This document shows positions 19,805 through 28,808 of a DNA stretch of 64,000 nt, in pieces. The notes under the pieces were generated by a model, which was not told the origin of the DNA, made no database searches, and saw only the letters and a program-made list of their open reading frames with translations. Numbering within the stretch: the first letter of the stretch is position 1; each line of letters opens with the position of its first letter. The translations under genes and the position numbers were made by a program. The stretch lies in the NCBI GenBank assembly GCA_964484775.1, contig CAZAGK010000005.1:7396-71395 (forward strand). Direction: 5' to 3'. The stretch is from an uncultured Gemmatimonas sp. GTDB lineage: Bacteria; Gemmatimonadota; Gemmatimonadetes; Gemmatimonadales; Gemmatimonadaceae.

Positions 19805-21402
19805 ACCTCGCCCCTCCCGACGTTCACGATGTTCACGTTGCGGAATCGCGCGGGCACGCAGCTGTGACTGACGGAGTTGCTCTGCGCCGGCTCACCCTTG
19901 CCATCGCCGAACGAGCCCCCCATCCAGTTGGAGCGCTTGCCGCCGATCATGTCCATGGAGTTCCAGAAGACGGGCGTATTGCTCTGGTAGGCGACGTCCT
20001 TGAGCATGCCGGTGATCTTGCCGCCCTTCACTTCGTAGAAGACCTGACCACTGAACTGGAAGTTGTAGCGCTGGTGGTCGATCGACCACGAACCGCGGTT
20101 CTTCACCACGATGCCGCGATCGGTGGCGGCGACGATGTCGCTGAGCACGTAGTCCTTGTCTCCCGGCAGGAGCGAGACGTTCGGCATGCGTTGGAACTGC
20201 ACGCTGTCCCACGAATCGGCGAAGGAGCAGCCGTGCGACTTCTTCACCCCGGTGAGCCCGGCGATCCACGCCGACTGCTCGCGGGTGGTCTGGTAGTCCT
20301 TGAACATCCCCTTCTCGATGATGAGCCAGTTGTCGGCGGGGACCCCCTCGTCGTCCCACGCGACCCGGGCGAGCGAGCCCTCCTGGGTGCGATCGCCCTG
20401 GATGTTCATCAGCTCCGTGCCGTACTTCAGCTTGTTGATCATCTTCTCCGGCGGCGCCACGAAGCTCGTACCGGCGTAGTTGGCTTCGTAGCCGACGGCG
20501 CGGTCGAGCTCGGTCGGATGGCCGATCGACTCGTGGATCGTGAGCCAGAGGTTCGTGGGATCGAGGATGAGATCGTAGCGGCCGGGCTCGACGCTCTTGG
20601 CGCCGAGCTTCTCGACGGCGTAGCCGGCCCAACGCTCGGCATTCCCCGGCATGTCGAGCGACTCGATGTACTCCCACCCCTGGCCGCGGGGCGCGAGTTC
20701 CTCGTTGTAGCTCTCGAAGCCGTTGGGACCGATGGCGGTGGCGGTGAACTGCGGCCCGACGCGGATGAAGGTCTGCGTGGTCTGAGAGCCTTCGCTGTTC
20801 CAGTACTGTTTGATCTCGCGCAGGAGGGCGAGGCCGCTGTTGGCGAAGCGCGTCCCCTTGGCCTTCATGGCCGCCTCATTGGTGGCGATCAGCAACGCGA
20901 CCTTCTCCTCGAGGGGCACGTCGATCGGGTCGCGCTTGACCGGCGTGGCCCAGGTCCCCTTTACGGCGGCGACGGGAGCGAGCTCGATCGGCCGGCGTTG
21001 CGCGCTGCGCGCAGCCCGTGCGAGTCGCACGGCTTCGCGGGCCGCCTTGGCCACACCGTCGCGGGTCATCGTGCTCGTGGCGGCGAACCCCCACGAGCCG
21101 TTGACGATGGTGCGCACCCCGATGCCGTACGATTCGTTGTCGCTCACCCCGGTGATCTGGCGTTCGCGGGCGTTCACCGACTGGCGGCGGTACCGGCCGA
21201 TCCGCACATCGACGTACGACGCCCCCGCCCCTTTGGCCGCGGCCATGGCATCGGCCGCCAGGTCATCGGCGAGGGGCTCGGCCCATGAACGGACGATCGG
21301 GCCGATGGTGGGCGCGGGTTGCGCGACGAGACGCGACCCGACGAGAGTGACCGCGGCAGCGGCGGCGCTGGTTCGGAGGAACTCGCGGCGTTTGGTGCCC
21401 AT
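19801..21402 (-). CDS. TldD-family zinc metalloprotease with Tat signal
   Basis: MGTKRREFLRTSAAAAAVTLVGSRLVA is Tat-like. HESIGHPTELD is the H-E-x-x-x-H motif of TldD. C-terminal GSFGDGKGEPAQ..VSHSCVPARF. Confidence 0.85.
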   Translation of the reverse strand: MGTKRREFLRTSAAAAAVTLVGSRLVAQPAPTIGPIVRSWAEPLADDLAADAMAAAKGAGASYVDVRIGRYRRQSVNARERQITGVSDNESYGIGVRTIVNGSWGFAATSTMTRDGVAKAAREAVRLARAARSAQRRPIELAPVAAVKGTWATPVKRDPIDVPLEEKVALLIATNEAAMKAKGTRFANSGLALLREIKQYWNSEGSQTTQTFIRVGPQFTATAIGPNGFESYNEELAPRGQGWEYIESLDMPGNAERWAGYAVEKLGAKSVEPGRYDLILDPTNLWLTIHESIGHPTELDRAVGYEANYAGTSFVAPPEKMINKLKYGTELMNIQGDRTQEGSLARVAWDDEGVPADNWLIIEKGMFKDYQTTREQSAWIAGLTGVKKSHGCSFADSWDSVQFQRMPNVSLLPGDKDYVLSDIVAATDRGIVVKNRGSWSIDHQRYNFQFSGQVFYEVKGGKITGMLKDVAYQSNTPVFWNSMDMIGGKRSNWMGGSFGDGKGEPAQSNSVSHSCVPARFRNVNIVNVGRGEV

Positions 21403-21592
21403 GGAACTCGGGGTGAAGGGTTCCGAGCCGAGGACGTGGCGCCCCCGGCGTCCGGCGTGACTCCATCAACTTGCACTCAACGCCGCCGATCGCGCGAGCG
21501 TTGAGGGGGGCGCATCGGCTCCCCCTCTTCCCGCCCGGGCGCGGCGGGCGCACTTTCCAACGATCGATCCTTCCCGTCAGGAGTGCTCCACC

Positions 21593-22753
21593 ATGCGCCT
21601 TCGCCGTCCGCGCCGCTTCGCTCGCGCGCTCATCGTCGCCTGCTTCGCCACGATCGCCCTCGGCGTCTCGGGACGCGCCGCCGCCGCGCAGAGCGTCCCC
21701 GATCGTCTCGCCGACTCGACCTTCTGGCGCATGATCACGACGATGTCGGAACCCGACGGCTATTTCCGTTCCGAGAACCTCGTCGGCAACGAGTCGTCGT
21801 ACATGTGGGTCATCCCCGAGCTGCAGAGGACGCTCGGCACCGGCGGCGTGTACATGGGGGTCGCCCCCGATCAGAACTTCACCTACATGATCGCACTCAA
21901 GCCGAAGATCGCCTTCATCGTGGACATCCGGCGTGGCGCGATGCTGCACCATCTGCTGCTCAAGGCGCTCATCGAAGCGGCCCCCACCCGCGCCGATTTC
22001 CTCTCGCTCCTGCTCTCCCGCCCGAAGCCCGCCGGGCTCGACTCGGCCACCGCGCTCGATTCGCTCTTCCGCGCCTACGCCACCATCCGCCATGACAGTG
22101 TGCTCCGCGCGCGCACCTTCGCGGGAGTGAAGGATCGCCTCAGCAAGACGCATGGCTTCGCGCTGAGCGAGAAGGACTACGAGGGGATGGAGTGGGTGTT
22201 CGACGCGTTCTATCAGGCCGGCCCCGCATTGACCTACAGCTTCGGCACCGGATCGGGCCGCGGCGGATTCGGTGGGCGCGGCGGCTTCGGGATGCCGACC
22301 TACGCCTCGCTCGTGCAGGAGACCGACGGCTCGGGGCTCCAGCGCTCGTATCTCGCGACCGAGGCCGGCTACCGGTGGCTGCGCGACTTCGAATCACGCA
22401 ACCTGCTCGTCCCGATCATCGGTGACTTCGCGGGTCCCAAGGCCATCCGCGCGGTCGGCACCTGGCTCAAGGAGCACAACGCCGCCGTCAGCGCGTACTA
22501 CACGTCGAACGTCGAGCAGTACCTCTTCATGGACCCGCAGAACTGGCGACGCTACTACGAGAACGTCGCCACGATGCCGCTCGCGAAGGACGCGCTCTTC
22601 ATCCGTTCGCTCTCCAACGGCAACGGATTCCGGCAGCAGAACCCGAACTCGCGCTCGGTCCAACTCCTCAGCTCCATCAGTGAGCAGCTCGCGGCGTACA
22701 AGGACGGCAAGCTACAGACGTACTTCGACGTGATCAACCTCTCCAAGCCGTAA
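21593..22753 (+). CDS. Conserved hypothetical exported protein
   Basis: Signal-like N-terminus (MRLRRPRRFARALIVACFATIALGVSGRAAAAQ). The core GGVYMGVAPDQNFTYMIALKPKIAFIVDIRRG resembles an uncharacterised family I cannot name. It contains GRGGFGGRGGFG. Confidence 0.6.
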   Translation: MRLRRPRRFARALIVACFATIALGVSGRAAAAQSVPDRLADSTFWRMITTMSEPDGYFRSENLVGNESSYMWVIPELQRTLGTGGVYMGVAPDQNFTYMIALKPKIAFIVDIRRGAMLHHLLLKALIEAAPTRADFLSLLLSRPKPAGLDSATALDSLFRAYATIRHDSVLRARTFAGVKDRLSKTHGFALSEKDYEGMEWVFDAFYQAGPALTYSFGTGSGRGGFGGRGGFGMPTYASLVQETDGSGLQRSYLATEAGYRWLRDFESRNLLVPIIGDFAGPKAIRAVGTWLKEHNAAVSAYYTSNVEQYLFMDPQNWRRYYENVATMPLAKDALFIRSLSNGNGFRQQNPNSRSVQLLSSISEQLAAYKDGKLQTYFDVINLSKP

Positions 22754-22774
22754 GCACGGGCGCCCCCCAAACGA

Positions 22775-22809
22775 GAGCGCGGCACACGGAGGACCCGTGT
22801 GCCGCGCTC
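22775..22809. terminator. Bidirectional terminator hairpin between convergent genes
   Basis: GAGCGCGGCACACGG (22775-22789) pairs perfectly with CCGTGTGCCGCGCTC (22795-22809), with a 5-nt loop. It lies between the stops at 22753 (+) and 22829 (-). Confidence 0.55.
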
Positions 22810-22828
22810 GTTCGTTCCCCGCAGCTCC

Positions 22829-25800
22829 TCAGGGGATGAACGCCGGTGTCGGCTTGAGGCGCCCCGGGAACTGCTTCTCGAAGGCCGCGATGTCGCCGTC
22901 GAGCAACGCCTTGTGCGCCGACTTGGCCGCGGCGAGCGCCTTCTCGAGATCGACGAGCCAGTTCATGCTTGCGTCGGTCGGCTTGTAGTCGGCACCACCG
23001 GCCACGTCACCGGCACCGGTACCGACCTCGCCGTTGAGCCAGATCAGACTCATGTACAGCCCGAAGGGCTCGACGAAGTACTTGTCGTCGCTCTCCAGAT
23101 CCGACTTGGTCAGCACTTTCAGCTCGACGGCGAGCAGCTTCTTCTCCATCTCCGCGAGCGCGGCCTTCGCGTTGGCGGGAACGGTGTCGGAGGCGAGCTG
23201 ATCCTCGATCCGCTTGCGCATGATCTCGATCTCATTGGCGATCCCCGCCGAGGCGGTCATGGCATCGCGGATGCGGACCTGCGCGGCGAGACTCGCCGCG
23301 AGATCGGCATCACTGGCGCTCATGATCGGATCGCGCAGGACCTCGAGCGGCTGCTCGAGCCGCTGCCCGGCCGCCGACAATCGGACCTTGTAGGTGCCCG
23401 GGGTCGCGAGCGGCCCCGCCCCCTGCGCGCCCTGGATCCCCCAATGGTCCACGGGGCGGACCTTCTGACCACGGAATCGCGGATCCTCCCAGATCTTCGG
23501 ATTGCTCGGTGCGAGCGTCCGCATCTCGACGCGCTTCGGCGGTTCGAAGCGGAGATCCCAGTTCACCTGATTGAGCCCCGCGCGCGCCCAGAGGCGCATC
23601 GTGCGCACCACCGCGCCCTTGGGATCGAGGATCTCCACGGTGAGCGAGTCACGGGTCGAATCCGCCGACGCGGTCTTCACCTGATACTTGATGACCGCGC
23701 TCCCACCGCGCGGTTCGCGATACGCAGGATGCGGCGCGAAGAGATGCACGGCGGCATCGGCGGCGACATCCCCCTTCTGCTCGAGCGTGGTGATGTCGCG
23801 CAGCACGTAGATGCCGCGACCGTACGTCGACACCACCACGTCGTGCGCCTGCTTGGCGACGACGATCCACGAGACGGGGCTCGCGGGGAGCCCGTCCTGG
23901 AACTGCGTCCACGTCCGACCGTCGTCCATCGAATAGTGGAAGGCGTTCCCCGTGCCGACGAACAGCATCCCCTTCTTGTTGGGATTCTCGGCGACGCTCA
24001 TCACGTAGCCCAGCGGCCCCTTGGCCGGCAGCCCGCCGCTGATCTTGGTCCAGGTCGCACCGAAATCGGTGGTCTTGTACAGATACGGGGCGCGATCATC
24101 CATCATGTGCAGATCGATCGCCGCGTACGCCGTGCCGGCATCGAAGTGTGACGGCTCGATCTTGCGGACCGTGCCGAGCGGCGGGAGCCCCGGCATGTTC
24201 TTGGAGACGTTCGTCCACTTCCCGCCCCCGTCACGCGTGACCCACAGCTGCCCGTCGTTGGTGCCGGCCCAGATCAGGTTGCGCTGGATCTCGCTCGGCG
24301 CGATCGCGAACACGAGCGATCCGTAGAACTGCCCGAGATTGTCGCCGATCAGTCCGCCCGACGGGACGATGTACCGCGGATCGTTGAGGGACAGATCGGG
24401 ACTGATCACGTTCCAGCTCTGCCCGGCGGTCGTCGTCTTGAAGATCACCTGACAGCCGTAGTACACGGTGTTGTGATCGAAGGGATCGATGGCCAGCGGC
24501 GGCGTCCAGTGGCAGCGGTACTTGCTCGCGTTCGGCGGCGAGTCGAGGGTGTGCTGCCACGGGCTCACCGAGCGCGCGAGCTTGGTCCTGGCGTCGTAGC
24601 GGGTGACGGTGTTGCCGTAGCACGTCGCCCAGACGATGTCGGGATTCGTGACGTCCGGGAGGACGAATCCGGACTCGCATCCGCCGATCCCGTGGTCCCA
24701 CGTGGTGAATCCGCCACCGAAACCACCGCGCCCGCCGCCGCCGAAGACGGAGTTGGCCGCGCGGCCGCCGGTGGCCGGCGGTGCCTCGGGACCCGAGCTG
24801 GGACCGCGCATCGTCGTGTTGTCCTGGCGGTTGCCGTACACCCAGTACGGCGCCTGCTGGTCGATCGCGACGTGGTACATCTGCGCCACCGGCAAGGTCG
24901 CGGTGATGAAGCTCCGCCCATGATCGGTGGTGAAGCGCGCGTTCAGATCGTTCGTGACCCCGATGTGGTCCGCGTTCTTGGGATCCCACCAGATGTCGTG
25001 ATTGTCGCCGCCCCAGTTCACCGTCGCGAAGTTCGCGCCGCCGTCGGTCGAACGGAAGAAACTGCTGTTGGCGATCAGCACCTCATTGGGGTCGGTCGGC
25101 GACACCAGGATCTTGATGTAGTAGCCGGCACGTCCGATCAGCGGACGCGCCCAGCTGACGACCTTCCAGGACACGCCGCCATCATCCGACCGCCACACGG
25201 AGCCCTGACCGTCCGTCTGGATGAGCGCATACACGCGCTTGGAATCGGAGGGCGCGATGGAGACGTCGATCTTGCCGACCGGCGACTTGGGAAGCCCGGA
25301 ATGCACGACCTTCGTCCAGCTGTTCCCGGCATCGTGCGTGACGTACAGCGCGCTGGACGGGCCGCCGCTCGTCATGGCGTACGTCTTCATGACGACCTGC
25401 CACATCCCGGCGAAGAGCGTATTGGGATCCTTCAGGTCGAGGGAGAGCCCCGAGCAGCCGGTGTCGTCGTCGACGTGCAGGACGAGCTTCCAGTTCTTGC
25501 CGCCGTCGTCGGTCCGGTACACCCCGCGTTCCGGCTGCGGGCCGGTGGCGCGCCCGAGCGCGCAGACGTACACGACGTTCGGATTCGTCGGATGGACGAT
25601 GATCCGTCCGATGCGCCCGGTCTCGGTCAACCCGACGTTGGTCCACGTCGCGCCGGCGTCGGTGGATTTGTAGACGCCATCACCCACCACGTCGGCATCA
25701 CGGATCGCCCAGGCTTCGCCCGTTCCTGCCCACACCTGATTCGGATCGCTCGGCGCGATCGCCAGCGCGCCGATGGCCTGCGCGCTCTGCTTGTCGAACA

Positions 25801-26095
25801 CCGGCGTGAAGGTGTTCCCGTCGTCGGTGCTCTTCCACACCCCGCCCGACGCGCCGCCCACGTACCAGGTGCGGAAGTCGCCCGGGACGCCGGTGATGGC
25901 CGAGACGCGCCCGCCCGCGGACGGGCCGAGGAGCTGGAACTGCATCGGGGGAGGTGGCGGTGCCTGGCCACGTCCGCCGCGTCCCTGCGCCGCGAGCGGA
26001 GCGAGTGGCGTGACGGACGGGAGCACGAGTGTGACGGCGAGCGCCACTGACCGCGACAGCTGACGTCGGACGAGCTGAGACTGCATTCCGCGCAT
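22829..26095 (-). CDS. Sortilin/VPS10-like BNR-repeat double beta-propeller protein, exported, paralog 2
   Basis: ATG 26095 (MRGMQSQLVRRQLSRSVALAVTLVLPSV; ATG 26086 is also possible). Repeats STDDGNTFT, STDAGATWT, TDDGGKNWK, THDAGNSWT, SDDGGVSWK, STDGGANF, TRDGGGKWT, TTDFGATWT, SMDDGRTWT. Confidence 0.8.
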   Translation of the reverse strand: MRGMQSQLVRRQLSRSVALAVTLVLPSVTPLAPLAAQGRGGRGQAPPPPPMQFQLLGPSAGGRVSAITGVPGDFRTWYVGGASGGVWKSTDDGNTFTPVFDKQSAQAIGALAIAPSDPNQVWAGTGEAWAIRDADVVGDGVYKSTDAGATWTNVGLTETGRIGRIIVHPTNPNVVYVCALGRATGPQPERGVYRTDDGGKNWKLVLHVDDDTGCSGLSLDLKDPNTLFAGMWQVVMKTYAMTSGGPSSALYVTHDAGNSWTKVVHSGLPKSPVGKIDVSIAPSDSKRVYALIQTDGQGSVWRSDDGGVSWKVVSWARPLIGRAGYYIKILVSPTDPNEVLIANSSFFRSTDGGANFATVNWGGDNHDIWWDPKNADHIGVTNDLNARFTTDHGRSFITATLPVAQMYHVAIDQQAPYWVYGNRQDNTTMRGPSSGPEAPPATGGRAANSVFGGGGRGGFGGGFTTWDHGIGGCESGFVLPDVTNPDIVWATCYGNTVTRYDARTKLARSVSPWQHTLDSPPNASKYRCHWTPPLAIDPFDHNTVYYGCQVIFKTTTAGQSWNVISPDLSLNDPRYIVPSGGLIGDNLGQFYGSLVFAIAPSEIQRNLIWAGTNDGQLWVTRDGGGKWTNVSKNMPGLPPLGTVRKIEPSHFDAGTAYAAIDLHMMDDRAPYLYKTTDFGATWTKISGGLPAKGPLGYVMSVAENPNKKGMLFVGTGNAFHYSMDDGRTWTQFQDGLPASPVSWIVVAKQAHDVVVSTYGRGIYVLRDITTLEQKGDVAADAAVHLFAPHPAYREPRGGSAVIKYQVKTASADSTRDSLTVEILDPKGAVVRTMRLWARAGLNQVNWDLRFEPPKRVEMRTLAPSNPKIWEDPRFRGQKVRPVDHWGIQGAQGAGPLATPGTYKVRLSAAGQRLEQPLEVLRDPIMSASDADLAASLAAQVRIRDAMTASAGIANEIEIMRKRIEDQLASDTVPANAKAALAEMEKKLLAVELKVLTKSDLESDDKYFVEPFGLYMSLIWLNGEVGTGAGDVAGGADYKPTDASMNWLVDLEKALAAAKSAHKALLDGDIAAFEKQFPGRLKPTPAFIP

Positions 26096-26201
26096 GCGAA
26101 TGCCTCTATTCGTGATGGAGGGGCGACGGACGGTGCGGGCGGGCCCCTCTTCCCGAGTGGCCCGCGCGTACGGAAAAACTGTCATGTGGTGTGGCGCGGG
26201 G

Positions 26202-27911
26202 CTAGGCGACCTGCGTCGGCTCGACGCGCTGGAAGGCACGTCCCAGCGCCGCCGTGAGCGCCCAGACCTCCACCGCGAGCACCGCCGAACCGGCGATGAG
26301 CGCGGTCGTCACGGCCGCCGTCTGTTGCGCGCCGAGTCCGATATACAGTCCGGCGCCCACGCCAGCGGGAACCAGGAGCAGGAGCAACAGCGCGATCGCG
26401 AGCGCGAGGAAGGTCAGAATTCCCAGCCCCATCGTCTCGATCCCGCCGGGTCCACCCGAGCCGAGCTTGATCCACGCCGGGAAGAGCAGCGCGATCCCGT
26501 TGTGGATGGCGAAGTTCGCCGCGTTGAGGGCCACGAGGGCGAGAGGCGAGGCGACCGCGATCCCGGTCAGCAGCCACACGGGGACGCCGTCCTTGGGCTG
26601 CACGAACCCGTTCGCGATCACCGCTCCGATGACGAGGAGCAGTTGCCCGAGCGCGACGGGGAGCGCGCCGCCGAGGATCTGCGCGGTGACGATCTGGCGC
26701 CCGCTCAGCGGGAGCGTCTTGAGCATCGGGAGATGCAGCAGGTCCGACCGCAGGTCGTTCCGGGTGAACATCGGGGCGAACACCGCCAGCATCAACCCGA
26801 CGACCGGCGTGAACACCATCACGATCTCCTCAGCGATGCTCGACCGTCCCGCGAATCCGACGGCGACCGCGATCACGATCACCCCCGGCCACATCATCGT
26901 GCGGAGGCCGCCGCTGCGCATCAGCGACATGATGTTCTTCCAGACGATCGCGACCCACGGGGTGCCGATCGGCGCGAGCGGGATGGTGCGCTTGACCTTC
27001 ACCGCCTCGGTGCTCGCCACGCCACCGGCGCGCCGCGACCGCATGGCCTCGATGCGACGCGCCTGGATCGCCGACGACTCCGCCGCGGCTTCTTCGAAGG
27101 CGTGGTCCGCGCGCGCGACCCAGATGAGATTGGCGCCGAGCACGAGGAGCGCCGACGGGAGGGCGGTCAGCCACTCGTGCGACGTGCCGGCGAACGCGAC
27201 GCGGATGGTCGCACGGATGGGCCAGAGCGCCATGCTGACCGGCCCCGTCTGCAACGCCTGCAGCACGAGATGCAGCCCTTCCCGCGCGCCGGCGGCGCTC
27301 CACGCGTCGAGGATCGCGCGCCACATCCCCCACACTGTCACGGAGGCGATGGCACCGAGCACGACGATCGGAACGATGTGCCGACGGGCGCCACGCCAGC
27401 CGTGCTCGGTCGATGACGAATGGGCCAACGCGACGCCCAGGCGATGCAGGTTGAGCGTGGAGAGGAATATCCAGAAGCCGACGATGCGGAGGATCGGCGG
27501 GAGCGTCTCCGCGCCCTTGTGGAAGAGCGCCACCCACAGCGTCGCCGTGAGCAGGATCTGCACCTGTCCGCGGGCCAGCTTGAAGCCGAGCAGTTGCCGC
27601 CGGGTGACCGGCGCGGGGAACAGGAAGGAGACCTCCGCCTGCGTGAAGGCGAGCGCGGTCTTGTCGGCACCGAAGACCCAGGCCCAGGCGAGATAGACGA
27701 GGATCGCCAGCGGGATGAAGGCCCCGATCTCCGGCGTGAAGACCGGCGGACCGGCGCGATACCCGGAGCCGCGTCGGAAGTAGACGCCCCAGAAGTACAC
27801 GAGCCCCACGATGGCCGCGAGCGCGTACTTGGGCTGCCGCAGCCGGCGCGCCTGACTGGCGAGCCGATTGCGCATGCTCGTCCCGATGAGGAACGCGAAG
27901 GCGCCGATCAC
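26202..27911 (-). CDS. Polytopic permease of the 'putative ABC exporter' type
   Basis: The in-frame GTG at 27911 overlaps the ATPase stop (GTGA). The product starts VIGAFAFLIGTSMRNRLASQARRLRQPKYALAAIVGLVYFW and has many TM helices. The upstream part of the 771-aa track ORF lies out of frame inside the ATPase gene. Confidence 0.7.
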   Translation of the reverse strand: MIGAFAFLIGTSMRNRLASQARRLRQPKYALAAIVGLVYFWGVYFRRGSGYRAGPPVFTPEIGAFIPLAILVYLAWAWVFGADKTALAFTQAEVSFLFPAPVTRRQLLGFKLARGQVQILLTATLWVALFHKGAETLPPILRIVGFWIFLSTLNLHRLGVALAHSSSTEHGWRGARRHIVPIVVLGAIASVTVWGMWRAILDAWSAAGAREGLHLVLQALQTGPVSMALWPIRATIRVAFAGTSHEWLTALPSALLVLGANLIWVARADHAFEEAAAESSAIQARRIEAMRSRRAGGVASTEAVKVKRTIPLAPIGTPWVAIVWKNIMSLMRSGGLRTMMWPGVIVIAVAVGFAGRSSIAEEIVMVFTPVVGLMLAVFAPMFTRNDLRSDLLHLPMLKTLPLSGRQIVTAQILGGALPVALGQLLLVIGAVIANGFVQPKDGVPVWLLTGIAVASPLALVALNAANFAIHNGIALLFPAWIKLGSGGPGGIETMGLGILTFLALAIALLLLLLVPAGVGAGLYIGLGAQQTAAVTTALIAGSAVLAVEVWALTAALGRAFQRVEPTQVA

Positions 27912-28651
27912 GTCACGACGTCTTGCGACTCGCCGTCCCCGGTGAGCGCGAGGAACACTTCCTCGAGCGACCGACCGGCGAGCTCGGGGTGCGTCTCCAC
28001 GATCTGCTGCAACGTGCCGTACGCGACGCACTCGCCGCGCCGGATCACGAGCAGCTTCGTGCACAGTTCCTCGACGAGCGTCAGCAGGTGCGAGCTGAGG
28101 ATGACCGCGGTGCCGGCTGCCGCACGGGCGGCGATCGTCGCGCGCATCCGGCGCATCCCGCCGGGATCGAGCCCGGTGAGCGGTTCGTCGAGCACCAGCA
28201 CCTTCGGATCGTGCAGGAGCCCGCACGCGATCGCCAGCTTCTGCCGCATCCCGCGGGAGAGCTCTCCGGGGAGCGTCCTCCGCTTCTCGGAGAGTTCCAA
28301 CTCGCTGAGCAGCGGTCCGATCCGCGCTTCGGCGTCGGCGACGCCATAGAGGCGCGCCACGAAGCGGAGATGCTCCTCGACCGTCAGGTAGTCGAAGAGA
28401 TGCGGTTCGTCGGGGATGAAGGCGAGCCCCTTCTTGGCCGCCACCCCGTCGCGCTGGATGTCGTGGCCGCAGATCTCGACGACCCCGCTCGAGGGGGCGA
28501 TGATCCCCGCCAGGCACCGCAGCGTGGTCGTCTTGCCGGCACCGTTCGGGCCGACGAGTCCGAGCACTTCACCCGGCTGCACGTCGAACTCGATGCCGTT
28601 CACCGCAGTGAACGACCCGTAGTGCTTTCGCAGGGAGCGGACGGCGATCAT
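27908..28651 (-). CDS. ABC transporter ATP-binding protein
   Basis: ATG 28651 (MIAVRSLRKHYG). Walker A GPNGAGKTT, signature LSRGMRQK, Walker B LVLDEPLTGLD, H-loop SSHLL. Confidence 0.9.
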   Translation of the reverse strand: MIAVRSLRKHYGSFTAVNGIEFDVQPGEVLGLVGPNGAGKTTTLRCLAGIIAPSSGVVEICGHDIQRDGVAAKKGLAFIPDEPHLFDYLTVEEHLRFVARLYGVADAEARIGPLLSELELSEKRRTLPGELSRGMRQKLAIACGLLHDPKVLVLDEPLTGLDPGGMRRMRATIAARAAAGTAVILSSHLLTLVEELCTKLLVIRRGECVAYGTLQQIVETHPELAGRSLEEVFLALTGDGESQDVVT

Positions 28652-28808
28652 CGAGGTTGGCGCATATGCCTGGGCGGGAGGACCTTGGAAGCTACGGAAC
28701 CGCACCGAGAGCGCCAATCCCTCGGTCAAGACTGGCGCGATTCCGCCCGCGGCCGTCGTGCTTGCCGCCGTGCTTGCCCCCGTCCCGTCGCCTGCACAGC
28801 TTCCCTGC

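Noticed and set aside
26202-28517. A 771-aa ORF that could be read as one giant gene spanning the permease and the ABC ATPase region.
   Set aside because: The part upstream of 27911 is out of frame within the well-supported ATPase gene (Walker A/B and signature motifs) and reads as Arg-rich nonsense. An in-frame GTG at 27911 forms a GTGA junction with the ATPase stop.
28756-28780. The short direct repeat GTGCTTGCC-GCC-GTGCTTGCC near the start of the RDD-SpoIIM gene.
   Set aside because: It is only 9 nt long, lies in a GC-rich context, and sits inside or next to the coding start. There is not enough evidence for a regulatory role.
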